DNA from: Mya arenaria
Taxonomy: Eukaryota
DNA length: 64,000 nucleotides
Assembly: GCF_026914265.1 (NCBI RefSeq)
Contig: NC_069127.1
Span: 1,745,682-1,809,681 of the forward strand
Direction of reading: 5' to 3'
Under the pieces are notes generated by a model, which saw only the letters and a program-made list of their open reading frames with translations, did not search any database and was not told the origin of the DNA. A program made the translations under genes and the position numbers. Shown here one piece after another: positions 1 to 13,320 of the stretch (within the stretch, counting starts at the first letter, position 1; the number at the start of each line of letters is the position of its first letter).

Positions 1-380
1 AAAATTGCTCTTACTTCTTCATTTTTTGACCAATTTCAATAAAATATGAAATATAAACCCTTTATGAGGCACTTTCTAATAAATATACAAAAACAGAAAA
101 TTATTTATTAAAATTAATGAGTTATGAGTGGATTTCACTTATCGGAATCTGGATTTCACCTCGATTTCCGATCTATTTTGGAAAAAAATGAAAAATTGCT
201 CTAACTTCTTTATTTTTTGACCAATTTCAATAAAATTTGAAATATAAACCCTTCATGAGACACTTTCTAATATGTATATATTTTTTTTTTTTAAAATAAC
301 TGAGTTCTGGGTGGATTTCATGTTTTGAGTGGATTTCACGTGAAATCCACTGGATTCCTGTATCACCCCGCACCGACGAT
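1..380. repeat. Direct repeat of about 195 bp, two copies, starting 'aaaattgctct(t/a)acttc'
   Basis: Positions 1-195 and 196-380 align with few mismatches. The first copy may be cut by the window edge. Confidence 0.8.
329..350. promoter_or_regulatory. 22-bp perfect palindrome gtggatttcacgtgaaatccac centred on a CACGTG E-box
   Basis: Read directly from the sequence. Related ggatttca / tgaaatcc motifs recur nearby at positions 125-160 and 312-320. Confidence 0.3.
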
Positions 381-676
381 AAAGTTACTTACATGTGTAT
401 GACATTTTCAGGAGTCAGTGATGGTTAATGAGTTATTAAAATCCACTTTTTTACTATTTTTTTAGCTTATAGTGTACCTCAGAAAACACTTTCGTTAGTC
501 AAAATTTGTTATTGATGACAGCCATTTTATTTGTAATTGACACTATTTAAGAATACATGCTAGTGGGTCAAGGTCATTATAAGGTCATGTTGACACAGAA
601 GTTTCATTGGCTTGACATAAAAGGCTTCCATTTTATGCACAAATCTGCTTTAAATTACAAATATATAGAGAATAGT

Positions 677-826
677 TGTTTGTTTCAGTGTAAGATTGTA
701 ATATATTTCACCGTGTGTGCACCAAATGTTATATTTCACAATTGGAGTAGCCACGAGTGAAATATGCACTTTTGGAGTTAACGAGGTGAAATATGTCTAT
801 CTTACTGTACACTGAAACAAACATTT
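677..826. mobile_element. Short hairpin (MITE-like) element with arms gtttgtttcagtgtaagattgta...tttcacc
   Basis: Inverted-repeat arms of about 35 bp. The same element appears at 3715-3866 in the duplicated copy, and a related hairpin sits at 58536-58640. Confidence 0.5.
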
Positions 827-2719
827 TTTGCTTTTTGTTATATGCCCAAAACTGGAATGAAGTCATTTATTTCCAATTTTTTAGTTCATTTGTTTTTGGC
901 TTAATAATATCTGAAATACCAGTACTTTATTTTCCTCAATTTGATTCAAATATATAATTTTATTTAAAATAACTTTTCTTTTATTTTAACTACATTTTTA
1001 AATTAGTTTAAGTTAAGAAATGACTACCGTAAAAGACTTGGTATAAGACGATAGGGGGTATTAGACGCAGGGAAAAAATCTGTGAAAAGTCCGAGAAAAA
1101 ACTTTTAATCTATGTTTTTGGTTAAAATATGCATAGAAAAAATGTCAAAATCGTCCGGCATTTTCAGCCACCATGTTTGTTGACAGTGACAATTTTTTTT
1201 TTTCGTGAAAATGGCGATGGTTATCTTTACAACCATACTGTCGAGTAAAGTTATGTTATGCAAAAAATATTTTGACAGTGACCAACTTTGCTTTTTTATA
1301 TGTAAGTTTGATTATTGTTTAATTCAATTTATTATTCAAAATAATATTGAATACCGTAATTCACAAGAGTTCGGACACCATAAATTAATTATTTTTTCGC
1401 TCTCCGAGTACATAGGAAATAATCATTTTTACATTTTATTTACATGTTTGTTCATGGTTGCTTTTTACCACTTATTAATTTATCCGTAGTAATCAATGGT
1501 CATAAACTTATTTATTATTATAAGTGTAAATCCTTCATCAAGTTAATTAAAACACCATTTTATACATGCACTGAACTGAATAAACACATTCTATCGGCTT
1601 CAGATCAAAGAGTCACACTGTGTGACGTCACATAACTTACAGTTATACCCACGAGGATCTCGTGGAGAGCATGGACATTGCTATGCAGGATTAATGTATA
1701 ACTGTACGATTATTGCTTCATATAGTCTATTAGTGTGGTACAAGTTTGAAAGTTTATTGGCAGATCGTTTTACAAACATGTCATGTCGATGTTTTCTTAA
1801 TCCCTTGATTGCCCTTGTTGTTTGTTTAATCCTCAAATAAATATATCACACTTCCTTTTAAACAGGCAATAAATCGTTTAGGATGGGTAGTAACTAATTA
1901 AATTGTCACAGTGGTGGTTAGGTAATCTAGCCAGGCATTGAAAAGATAAAAATTTAATAATCTTCGTCTGTGAAACTTGGTAACTATGAAAGTTATGATT
2001 GATGTCCTTTGGGTGTCCTGGGTTTTTACAATCATCTTTTTTTCAAGTCTTGAAATAAAACAACTCGCGTAATTTAATGCTTGTTTAGTATGTTTGATAG
2101 TTTTATTAACGCACCGCTCTAATTTGATTCAATCATAGAAGTGTTTAGATAAAACAACCCTTCAAAATGATCACTAAATAACTGTTTTTAGTTCTTTATT
2201 TTCTACTACAAACAAATTAATGTTTCAGTCAATTTTCTTTTCACAAGTTCGATTATCGTTTGATTGTCGCGCGACAGTCAATCCACAGTGCACTCATCAT
2301 TATCGCTTATCGAGTTAACACAATATCACAGGTGTAATATTTAACGACGCACCAGCTGTCAAAACAAAGTGACATGCGATTCGCGAATTCCTAATACACA
2401 AAATTATTTTGACATGTTTGAACAAATAAATGTTCGGTTTTGTGAGGTAAAATTACGTTGACAACTAACAAATTTTCTCGATTTTTTGTCCGGTATCTGG
2501 AATTCCAGGGTTCTGGTTTTGTAGGGATTTTTATACATTGAAAATAGAAGGGGAAAATCCGGACTCTGAAAAAAAGTCCGGTATCCCGAGGATTCCGGTT
2601 TTGTGGAAATCCGGTTTAGTGAGTTTCCACTGTGTTTATTTTATAATATATTTAAAAAAATCTAGTTAAATTGTGTATAATAATATATTTTTCAAAAGGA
2701 ATCTACTAAAACGTGCGAT

Positions 2720-2836
2720 ATGGACTTTGATGCTCTTGTCATGGATATTGGATCTGGGATGTCCAAGGCCGGTTTCGCTGGGGACGCAGCTCCGACAGCC
2801 ATTTTCCCTTCCGTTGTTGGTCGACCTAGGAGTCGG
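2720..2836 (+). CDS. Actin-like protein, first coding exon (partial gene)
   Basis: Translation is [39 protein letters not shown]. It matches the actin N-terminus ([29 protein letters not shown]) and ends at a GTTAGT donor close to the conserved codon 41-43 actin intron position. A TATA-like taatatat sits about 35 bp upstream. Confidence 0.5.
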
Positions 2837-3235
2837 GTTAGTATTTGATTAAGATCCACGAAGTCTGTTGTACAGTTTGTTTCCAAAATGTTAACGGAAT
2901 CCTGAATTATTTCGTGTACCATTTAGATATGCATGGTCATGTCAAAGAAACCACTTGTTTATTGTCCAATGTCCAGTTACCTTAAATGACTGATTATAAG
3001 ACTCAATTTTCCCCCCCAGAGTTCGATCTAAAAGATGCCTGCGTCATTACAACCAGTAATAGGCTTTTGATATTTTTTTCTGAAGTTGATTTTGAGGCTG
3101 AATTTGGCTCTTCAGAGAAATAAATGACTTAAATTTTAATTTTCTTTACCAACTGACTACAAAAACTGTAGGGTTGGAGCCCATTTATTAGGTATGGTTT
3201 GGTAACCCGAACCATATGTATTTTTTTAAGCCTTA

Positions 3236-3657
3236 ATGTTGTTGTATATGTAATAAGGACCATAACTCTGGCCTTTGTGATTCTCATATAGTAAGGCCCA
3301 TTAATCTTGTTTAAACCATTGTTGTATAGTAAGGCCTAAAACAGTGTCTATATGGATTGTTGTATAGTAAGGCCTATAACAGTGTCTATATGGATTGTTG
3401 TATAGTAAGGCCTAAAACAGTGTCTATATGGATTGTTGTATAGTAAGGCCTATAACAGTGTCTATATGGATTGTTGTATAGTAAGGCCTAAAACAGTGTC
3501 TATATGGATTGTTGTATAGTAAGGCCTATAACAGTGTCTATATGGATTGTTGTATAGTAAGGCCTAAAACAGTGTCTATATGGATTGTTGTATAGTAAGG
3601 CCTAAAACAGTGTCTATATGGATTGTTGTATAGTAAGGCCTAAAACAGTGTCTATAT
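3236..3657. repeat. 38-bp satellite (ttgttgtatagtaaggcctaWaacagtgtctatatgga), about 9-10 units
   Basis: Tandem units read directly from the sequence. It ends copy 1 of the duplication. Confidence 0.9.
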
Positions 3658-3714
3658 ATAAAAGGCTTCCATTTTATGCACAAATCTGCTTTAAATTACA
3701 AATATATAGAGAAT

Positions 3715-3866
3715 AGTTGTTTGTTTCAGTGTAAGATTGTAATATATTTCACCGTGTGTGCACCAAATGTTATATTTTACAATTGGAGTAGCCACGAGTG
3801 AAATATGCACTTTTGGAGTTAACGAGGTGAAATATATGTCTATCTTACTGTACACTGAAACAAACA
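3715..3866. mobile_element. Copy of the hairpin MITE-like element inside duplication copy 2
   Basis: Identical arms to 677-826. Confidence 0.5.
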
Positions 3867-6061
3867 TTTTTTGCTTTTTGTTATATGCCCAAAACTGGAA
3901 TGAAGTCATTTATTTCCAATTTTTTAGAAAAAGCACATTTTTGCAAACATTCATTTCTAAAATTTTGGCAATGACATCCTTAAAATTGTGTCCCAGCCCT
4001 GTGCGTGCAGATGTTTTATTAGGAACCAAAAATGGAAATAAATTTCAAAACACTGAAAAAATACTTTAGCCTTCAACAAACCCTTATGGCCCCTGCATTT
4101 ATATGAAGGAAGAATCTGAATGACCTAGAAGATCAACAATCGAGGAAAAAAGCTGGGGCAACATTCATAAAACTCTTAAACTTAAGTCATTTTCTTAAGT
4201 AAAGTATCTCACTTATCATATCATATAATATAGTGGCTTAATAATATCTGAAATACCAGTACTTTATTTTCCTCAATTTGATTCAAATATATAATTTTAT
4301 TTAAAATAACTTTTCTTTTATTTTAACTACATTTTTAAATTAGTTTAAGTTAAGAAATGACTACCGTAAAAGACTTGGTATAAGACGATAGGGGGTATTA
4401 GACGCAGGGAAAAAAATCTGTGAAAAGTCCGAGAAAAAACTTTTAATCTATGTTTTTGGTTAAAATATGCATAGAAAAAATGTCAAAATCGTCCGGCATT
4501 TTCAGCCACCATGTTTGTTGACAGTGACAATTTTTTTTTTTCGTGAAAATGGCGATGGTTATCTTTACAACCATACTGTCGAGTAAAGTTATGTTATGCA
4601 AAAAATATTTTGACAGTGACCAACTTTGCTTTTTTATATGTAAGTTTGATTATTGTTTAATTCAATTTATTATTCAAAATAATATTGAATACCGTAATTC
4701 ACAAGAGTTCGGACACCATAAATTAATTATTTTTTCGCTCTCCGAGTACATAGGAAATAATCATTTTTACATTTTATTTACATGTTTGTTCATGGTTGCT
4801 TTTTACCACTTATTAATTTATCCGTAGTAATCAATGGTCATAAACTTATTTATTACGCCTATAAGTGTAAATCCTTCATCAAGTTAATTAAAACACCATT
4901 TTATACATGCACTGAACTGAATAAACACATTCTATCGGCTTCAGATCAAAGAGTCACACTGTGTGACGTCACATAACTTACAGTTATACCCACGAGGATC
5001 TCGTGGAGAGCATGGACATTGCTATGCAGGATTAATGTATAACTGTACGATTATTGCTTCATATAGTCTATTAGTGTGGTACAAGTTTGAAAGTTTATTG
5101 GCAGATCGTTTTACAAACATGTCATGTCGATGTTTTCTTAATCCCTTGATTGCCCTTGTTGTTTGTTTAATCCTCAAATAAATATATCACACTTCCTTTT
5201 AAACAGGCAATAAATCGTTTAGGATGGGTAGTAACTAATTAAATTGTCACAGTGGTGGTTAGGTAATCTAGCCAGGCATTGAAAAGATAAAAATTTAATA
5301 ATCTTCGTCTGTGAAACTTGGTAACTATGAAAGTTATGATTGATGTCCTTTGGGTGTCCTGGGTTTTTACAATCATCTTTTTTTCAAGTCTTGAAATAAA
5401 ACAACTCGCGTAATTTAATGCTTGTTTAGTATGTTTGATAGTTTTATTAACGCACCGCTCTAATTTGATTCAATCATAGAAGTGTTTAGATAAAACAACC
5501 CTTCAAAATGATCACTAAATAACTGTTTTTAGTTCTTTATTTTCTACTACAAACAAATTAATGTTTCAGTCAATTTTCTTTTCACAAGTTCGATTATCGT
5601 TTGATTGTCGCGCGACAGTCAATCCACAGTGCAATCATCATTATCGATTATCGAGTTAACACAATATCACAGGTGTAATATTTAACGACGCACCAGCTGT
5701 CAAAACAAAGTGACATGCGATTCGCGAATTCCTAATACACAAAATTATTTTGACATGTTTGAACAAATAAATGTTCGGTTTTGTGAGGTAAAATTACGTT
5801 GACAACTAACAAATTTTCTCGATTTTTTGTCCGGTATCTGGAATTCCAGGGTTCTGGTTTTGTAGGGATTTTTATACATTGAAAATAGAAGGGGAAAATC
5901 CGGACTCTGAAAAAAAGTCCGGTATCCCGAGGATTCCGGTTTTGTGGAAATCCGGTTTAGTGAGTTTCCACTGTGTTTATTTTATAATATATTTAAAAAA
6001 AATCTAGTTAAATTGTGTATAATAATATATTTTTCAAAAGGAATCTACTATAACGTGCGAT

Positions 6062-6178
6062 ATGGACTTTGATGCTCTTGTCATGGATATTGGATCTGGG
6101 ATGTCCAAGGCCGGTTTCGCTGGGGACGCAGCTCCGACAGCCATTTTCCCTTCCGTTGTTGGTCGACCTAGGAGTCGG
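6062..6178 (+). CDS. Actin-like protein first exon, second copy in the duplication
   Basis: Identical coding sequence to 2720-2836, with the same donor. Confidence 0.5.
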
Positions 6179-6593
6179 GTTAGTATTTGATTAAGATCCA
6201 CGAAGTCTGTTGTACAGTTTGTTTCCAAAATGTTAACGGAATCCTGAATTATTTCGTGTACCATTTAGATATGCATGGTCATGTCAAAGAAACCACTTGT
6301 TTATTGTCCAATGTCCAGTTACCTTAAATGACTGATTATAAGACTCAATTTTTCCCCCCAGAGTTCGATCTAAAAGATGCCTGCGTCATTTCAACCAGTA
6401 ATAGGCTTTTGATATTTTTTTCTGAAGTTGATTTTGAGGCTGAATTTGGCTCTTCAGAGAAATAAATGACTTAAATTTTAATTTTCTTTACCAACTGACT
6501 ACAAAAACTGTAGGGTTGGAGCCCATTTATTAGGTATGGTTTGGTAACCCGAACCATATGTATTTTTTTAAGCCTTAATGTTGTTGTATATGT

Positions 6594-9500
6594 AATAAGG
6601 ACCATAACTCTGGCCTTTGTGATTCTCATATAGTAAGGCCCATTAATCTTGTTTTAACTATTGTTGTATAGTAAGGCCTAAAACAGTGTCTATATGGATT
6701 GTTGTATAGTAAGGCCTATAACAGTGTCTATATGGATTGTTGTATAGTAAGGCCTAAAACAGTGTCTATATGGATTGTTGTATAGTAAGGCCTATAACAG
6801 TGTCTATATGGATTGTTGTATAGTAAGACCTAAAACAGTGTCTATATGGATTGTTGTATAGTAAGGCCTAAAACAGTGTCTATATGGATTGTTGTATAGT
6901 AAGGCCTATAACAGTGTCTATATGGATTGTTGTATAGTAAGGCCTAAAACAGTGTCTATATGGATTGTTGTATAGTAAGGCCTATAACAGTGTCTATATG
7001 GATTGTTGTATAGTAAGGCCTATAACAGTGTCTATATGGATTGTTGTATAGTAAGGCCTAAAACAGTGTCTATATGGATTGTTGTATAGTAAGGCCTATA
7101 ACAGTGTCTATATGGATTGTTGTATAGTAAGGCCTAAAACAGTGTCTATATGGATTGTTGTATAGTAAGGCCTAAAACAGTGTCTATATGGATTGTTGTA
7201 TAGTAAGGCCTAAAACAGTGTCTATATGGATTGTTGTATAGTAAGGCCTATAACAGTGTCTATATGGATTGTTGTATAGTAATCCCTATAACAGTGTCTA
7301 TATGGATTGTTGTATAGTAAGGCCTAAAACAGTGTCTATATGGATTGTTGTATAGTAAGGCCTAAAACAGTGTCTATATGGATTGTTGTATAGTAGGGCC
7401 TAAAACAGTGTCTATATGGATTGTTGTATAGTAAGGCCTATAACAGTGTCTATATGGATTGTTGTATAGTAAGGCCTAAAACAGTGTCTATATGGATTGT
7501 TGTATAGTAATCCCTATAACAGTGTCTATATGGATTGTTGTATAGTAAGGCCTAAAACAGTGTCTATATGGATTCTTGTATAGTAAGGCCTAAAACAGTG
7601 TCTATATGGATTGTTGTATAGTAAGGCCTAAAACAGTGTCTATATGGATTGTTGTATAGTAAGGCCTAAAACAGTGTCTATATGGATTGTTGTATAGTAA
7701 GGCCTAAAACAGTGTCGATATGGATTGTTGTATAGTAAGGCCTAAAACAGTGTCTATATGGATTGTTGTATAGTAAGGCCTAAAACAGTGTCTATATGGA
7801 TTGTTGTATAGTAAGGCCTATAACAGTGTCTATATGGATTGTTGTATAGTAAGGCCTATAACAGTGTCTATATGGATTGTTGTATAGAAAGGCCTATAAC
7901 AGTGTCTGTATGGATTGTTGTATAGTAAGGCCTAAAACAGTGTCTGTATGGATTGTTGTATAGTAAGGCCTAAAACAGTGTCTATATGGATTGTTGTATA
8001 GTAAGGCCTAAAACAGTGTCCATATGGATTGTTGTATAGTAAGGCCTAAAACAGTGTCTATATGGATTGTTGTATAGTAAGGCCTATAACAGTGTCTATA
8101 TGGATTGTTGTATAGTAAGGCCTATAACAGTGTCTATATGGATTGTTGTATAGTATGGCCTATAACAGTGTCTATATGGATTGTTGTATAGTAATCCCTA
8201 TAACAGTGTCTATATGGATTGTTGTATAGTAAGGCCTAAAACAGTGTCTATATGGATTGTTGTATAGTAAGGCCTAAAACAGTGTCTATATGGATTCTTG
8301 TATAGTAAGGCCTAAAACAGTGTCTATATGGATTCTTGTATAGTAAGGCCTAAAACAGTGTCTATATGGATTGTTGTATAGTAAGGCCTAAAACAGTGTC
8401 TATATGGATTGTTGTATAGTAAGGCCTAAAACAGTGTCTATATGGATTCTTGTATAGTAAGGCCTAAAACAGTGTCTATATGGATTGTTGTATAGTAAGG
8501 CCTAAAACAGTGTCTATATGGATTGTTGTATAGTAAGGCCTAAAACAGTGTCTGTATGGATTGTTGTATAGTAAGGCCTAAAACAGTGTCGATATGGATT
8601 GTTGTATAGTAAGGCCTAAAACAGTGTCTATATGGATTGTTGTATAGTAAGGCCTAAAACAGTGTCTATATGGATTGTTGTATAGTAAGGCCTATAACAG
8701 TGTCTATATGGATTGTTGTATAGTAAGGCCTATAACAGTGTCTATATGGATTGTTGTATAGTAAGGCCTATATCAGTGTCTATATGGATTGTTGTATAGT
8801 AAGGCCTAAAACAGTGTAGTAAGGCCTAAAACAGTGTCTATATGGATTGTTGTATAGTAAGGCCTATAACAGTGTCTATATGGATTGTCGTATAGTAAGG
8901 CCTATAACAGTGTCTATATGAATTGTTGTATAGTAAGGCCTATAACAGTGTCTATATGGATTGTCGTATAGTAAGGCCTATAACAGTGTCTATATGGATT
9001 GTTGTATAGTAAGGCCTATAACAGTGTCTATATGGATTGTTGTATAGTAAGGCCTAAAACAGTGTCTATATGGATTGTTGTATAGTAAGGCCTAAAACAG
9101 TGTCTATATGGATTGTTGTATAGTAAGGCCTAAAACAGTGTCTATATGGATTGTTGTATAGTAGGGCCTAAAACAGTGTCTATATGGATTGTTGTATAGT
9201 AAGGCCTAAAACAGTGTCTATATGGATTGTTGTATAGTAAGGCCTAAAACAGTGTCTATATGGATTGTTGTATAGTAAGGCCTAAAACAGTGTCTATATG
9301 GATTGTTGTATAGTAAGGCCTAAAACAGTGTCTATATGGATTGTTGTATAGTAAGGCCTAAAACAGTGTCGATATGGATTGTTGTATAGTAAGGCCTAAA
9401 ACAGTGTCTATATGGATTGTTGTATAGTAAGGCCTAAAACAGTGTCTATATGGATTGTTGTATAGTAAGGCCTATAACAGTGTCTATATGGATTGTTGTA

Positions 9501-10440
9501 TAGTAAGGCCTATAACAGTGTCTATATGGATTGTTGTATAGTAAGGCCTATAACAGTGTCTGTATGGATTGTTGTATAGTAAGGCCTAAAACAGTGTCTG
9601 TATGGATTGTTGTATAGTAAGGCCTAAAACAGTGTCTATATGGATTGTTGTATAGTAAGGCCTAAAACAGTGTAGTAAGGCCTAAAACAGTGTCTATATG
9701 GATTGTTGTATAGTAAGGCCTAAAACAGTGTCTATATGGATTGTTGTATAGTAAGGCCTATAACAGTGTCTATATGGATTGTTGTATAGTAAGGCCTATA
9801 ACAGTGTCTATATGGATTGTTGTATAGTAAGGCCTATAACAGTGTCTATATGGATTGTTGTATAGTAAGGCCTATAACAGTGTCTATATGGATTGTTGTA
9901 TAGTAAGGCCTATAACAGTGTCTATATGGATTGTTGTATAGTAAGGCCTAAAACAGTGTCTATATGGATTGTTGTATAGTAAGGCCTAAAACAGTGTCTA
10001 TATGGATTGTTGTATAGTAAGGCCTAAAACAGTGTCTATATGGATTGTTGTATAGTAAGGCCTAAAACAGTGTCTATATGGATTGTTGTATAGTAAGGCC
10101 TATAACAGTGTCTATATGGATTGTTGTATAGTAAGGCCTAAAACAGTGTCTATATGGATTGTTGTATAGTAAGGCCTATAACAGTGTCTATATGGATTGT
10201 TGTATAGTAAGGCCTAAAACAGTGTCTATATGGATTGTTGTATAGTAAGATCAATAACACTGTCTATATGGATTGCTGTATAGTAAGGACTATAACACTG
10301 TCTATATGGATTGTTGTATAGTAAGGACTATAACACTGTCTATATGGATTGCTGTATAGTAAGGCCCATTGCACTGGCTTTAATAGCTGTTGTAAAGTAA
10401 GGGCCATAACTCTGGATTTTATGATTATTGTTTTATAAAG
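6594..10440. repeat. 38-bp satellite, about 100 units, same family as 3236-3657
   Basis: Highly homogeneous tandem array with alternating cctaaaacag / cctataacag variants and degenerate ends. Confidence 0.95.
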
Positions 10441-11765
10441 TCAAACTCTGACTTTACTGGTGGTTGTATAGTAAAGCCTTTAATGCTTAATATACTGGTT
10501 GTTGTATAGTAAGGCCTTTAATGCTTGATATACTGGTTGTTGTATAGTAAGGCCTATAATGCTTGATATACTGGTGGTTGTATAGTAAGGCCTATAATGC
10601 TTGATATACTGGTTGTTGTATAGTAAGGCCTTTAATATTTGATATACTGGTTGTTGTATCGTAAGGCCTTAAATGTTTGATATACTGGTTGTTGTATAGT
10701 AAGGCCTATAATGCTTGATATACTGGTTGTTGTATAGTAAGGCCTATAATGCTTGATATACTGGTTGTTGTATAGTAAGGCCTATAATGTTTGATATACT
10801 GGTTGTTGTATAGTAAGGCCTTTAATGCTTGATATACTGGTTGTTGTATAGTAAGGCCTATAATGTTTGATATACTGGTTGTTGTATAGTAAGGCCTATA
10901 ATGTTTGATATACTGGTTGTTGTATAGTAAGGCCTTTAATGTTTGATATACTGGTTGTTGTATAGTAAGGCCTTTAATGCTTGATATACTGGTTGTTGTA
11001 TAGTAAGGCCTATAATGTTTGATATACTGATTGTTGTATAGTAAAGCCTATAATGTTTGATATACTGGTTGTTGTATAGTAAGGCCTATAATGTTTGATA
11101 TACTGGTTGTTGTATAGTAAGGCCTATAATGTTTGATATACTGGTTGTTGTATAGTAAGGCCTATAATGTTTGATATACTGGTTGTTGTATAGTAAGGCC
11201 TATAATGTTTGATATACTGGTGGTTGTATAGTAAGGCCTATAATGTTTGATATACTGGTGGTTGTATAGTAAGGCCTTTAATGCTTGATATACTGGTGGT
11301 TGTATAGTAAGGCCTATAATGTTTGATATACTGGTGGTTGTATAGTAAGGCCTATAATGTTTGATATACTGGTGGTTGTATAGTAAGGCCTATAATGTTT
11401 GATATACTGGTTGTTGTATAGTAAGGCCTATAATGCTTGATATACTGGTTGTTGTATAGTAAGGCCTATAATGCTTGATATACTGGTTGTTGTATAGTAA
11501 GGCCTATAATGCTTGATATACTGGTTGTTGTATAGTAAGGCCTTTAATGCTTGATATACTGGTTGTTGTATAGTAAGGCCTATAATGCTTGATATACTGG
11601 TAGTTGTATAGTAAGGCCTTTAATGCTTGATATACTGGTAGTTGTATAGTAAAGCCTTTAATGCTTGAGAATTTTTACTGGTTGTTGTATAGTAAAGCCT
11701 ATAATGCTTGATATACTGGTTGTTGTATAATAAGGCCTATAATGCTTGATATACTGGTTGTTGTA
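10440..11765. repeat. Variant 38-bp satellite (ttgttgtatagtaaggcctataatgYttgatatactgg), about 35 units
   Basis: Shares the 19-bp core ttgttgtatagtaaggcct with the preceding satellite, but the second half of the unit is different. Confidence 0.9.
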
Positions 11766-11849
11766 ATTTGCAGTGCTTTTGTTGTGAATATATTAGTTTA
11801 TCTATGTGATTGTGATTTTTAATTCTAATGAGAAATATACATGCTTCAG

Positions 11850-11918
11850 GGATTTCAGGTTGCCAATTTAGCACCCGAACATACACAGCAGAACCTTGAT
11901 GTAGCCAATAATTTAATG
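11850..11918 (+). CDS. Candidate 69-bp coding exon (GFQVANLAPEHTQQNLDVANNLM), unknown product
   Basis: Open frame flanked by a strong acceptor (atgcttcag) and donor (gtatgc). It enters and leaves in phase 0. Confidence 0.2.
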
Positions 11919-12289
11919 GTATGCATTGTTTCTGGCTTATAAAGTTTTACAATTTAAACTGCTTTAATAAAAGTGTATAGTAATATTAGTATAAGGTGCT
12001 TTGTTGTTAATCTTTTCTTATAAATTTTAGTTTGCAAAAAAGAGTGTCATCAAAATGTTCTTTAAAACAGCACCAATTACTTTCACAATCTGTTTATAAC
12101 ATACAATAAAACAAACATTTTAGCTTTAGAAATGTTGTTATTCATTTTTTTGTTTAGTTTTAATCGCATTAACATATGGAATTAAAGAATATAATAATGA
12201 ATATTTATTTATTTATTTATAATAAGCTAATTCATTTTGATACTTACCCAGGACATTGCTAATGTTTGTTATGTCCTGTAAGGTGCCAT

Positions 12290-13320
12290 TTGTTAGTATC
12301 TCTAGCAATATGTCTATCTATATATCTTTATTCCCTCACTAAATATGTCTGTCTGTCTGTATCTAAGTCAATACATATCTCTGTATCTCAGTCAATGTAT
12401 CTGTCAATCTCTCGGTCAATATGTCTGTCTGTATCTCAGTCAATGTATCTGTCAATCTCTCAGTCAAAATGCCTGTCTGTATCTTAGTCAGTCAATGTAT
12501 CTGTCAATCTCTCAGTCAGTATGCCTGTCTGTATCTTAGTCAGTCAATGTATCTGTCAATCACTCAGTTAATATGTTTGTCTGTATCTTAGTCAGTCAAG
12601 GTATCTGTCAATCTCTCAGTCAATATGCCTGTCTGTATCTTAGTCAATGTATCTTTTAATCTCATAGTCAATATGCCTGTCTGTATCTTAGTCAATGTAT
12701 CTTTTAATCTCATAGTCAATATGCCTGTCTGTATCTTAGTCAATGTATCTTTTAATCTCATAGTCAATATGTCTGTCTGTATCTTAGTCAAGGTATCCGT
12801 CAATCTCTCAGTCAATATGCCTGTCTGTATCTTAGTCAATGTATCTTTTAATCTCATAGTCAATATGTCTGTCTGTATCTTAGTCAATGTATCTTTTAAT
12901 CTCATAGTCAATATGCCTGTCTGTATCTTAGTCAGTCAATGTATCTGTCAATCTCTCAGTCAGTATGCCTGTCTGTATCTTAGTCAGTCAATGTATCTGT
13001 CAATCACTCAGTTAATATGTTTGTCTGTATCTTAGTCAGTCAAGGTATCTGTCAATCTCTCAGTCAATATGCCTGTCTGTATCTTAGTCAATGTATCTTT
13101 TAATCTCATAGTCAATATGCCTGTCTGTATCTTAGTCAATGTATCTTTTAATCTCATAGTCAATATGCCTGTCTGTATCTTAGTCAATGTATCTTTTAAT
13201 CTCATAGTCAATATGCCTGTCTGTATCTTAGTCAATGTATCTTTTAATCTCATAGTCAATATGTCTGTCTGTATCTTAGTCAATGTATCTTTTAATCTCA
13301 TAGTCAATATGTCTATCTTA
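12290..13320. repeat. 24/48-bp satellite (agtcaatatgcctgtctgtatctt + agtcaatgtatcttttaatctcat)
   Basis: Tandem units read directly from the sequence. The long ORFs here on both strands are repeat artefacts. Confidence 0.95.

Larger units (their letters stand above)
623..3235. repeat. Segmental tandem duplication, copy 1 of about 2.6 kb
   Basis: Near-identical to 3661-6590. The identical 94-aa ORFs at 1205 and 4543, and 2692 and 6034, mark the offset. Copy 2 carries an extra 300 bp at about 3928-4235. Confidence 0.9.
3661..6590. repeat. Segmental tandem duplication, copy 2 of about 2.9 kb
   Basis: Collinear with 623-3235 at over 99% identity apart from the 300-bp insertion. Both copies end in the same 38-bp satellite. 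Confidence 0.9.

Noticed and set aside
1205-1840. Three consecutive plus-strand ORFs (94, 63 and 72 aa), duplicated at 4543-5181
   Set aside because: AT-rich, low-complexity translations with no splice or promoter support and no recognisable motifs. The duplication shows only that they lie in the segmental duplication, not that they are conserved as coding.
2692-2922. 76-aa minus-strand ORF, duplicated at 6034-6264
   Set aside because: It is the antisense frame of the actin-like first exon. The plus-strand reading gives a recognisable actin N-terminus, so the minus ORF is incidental.
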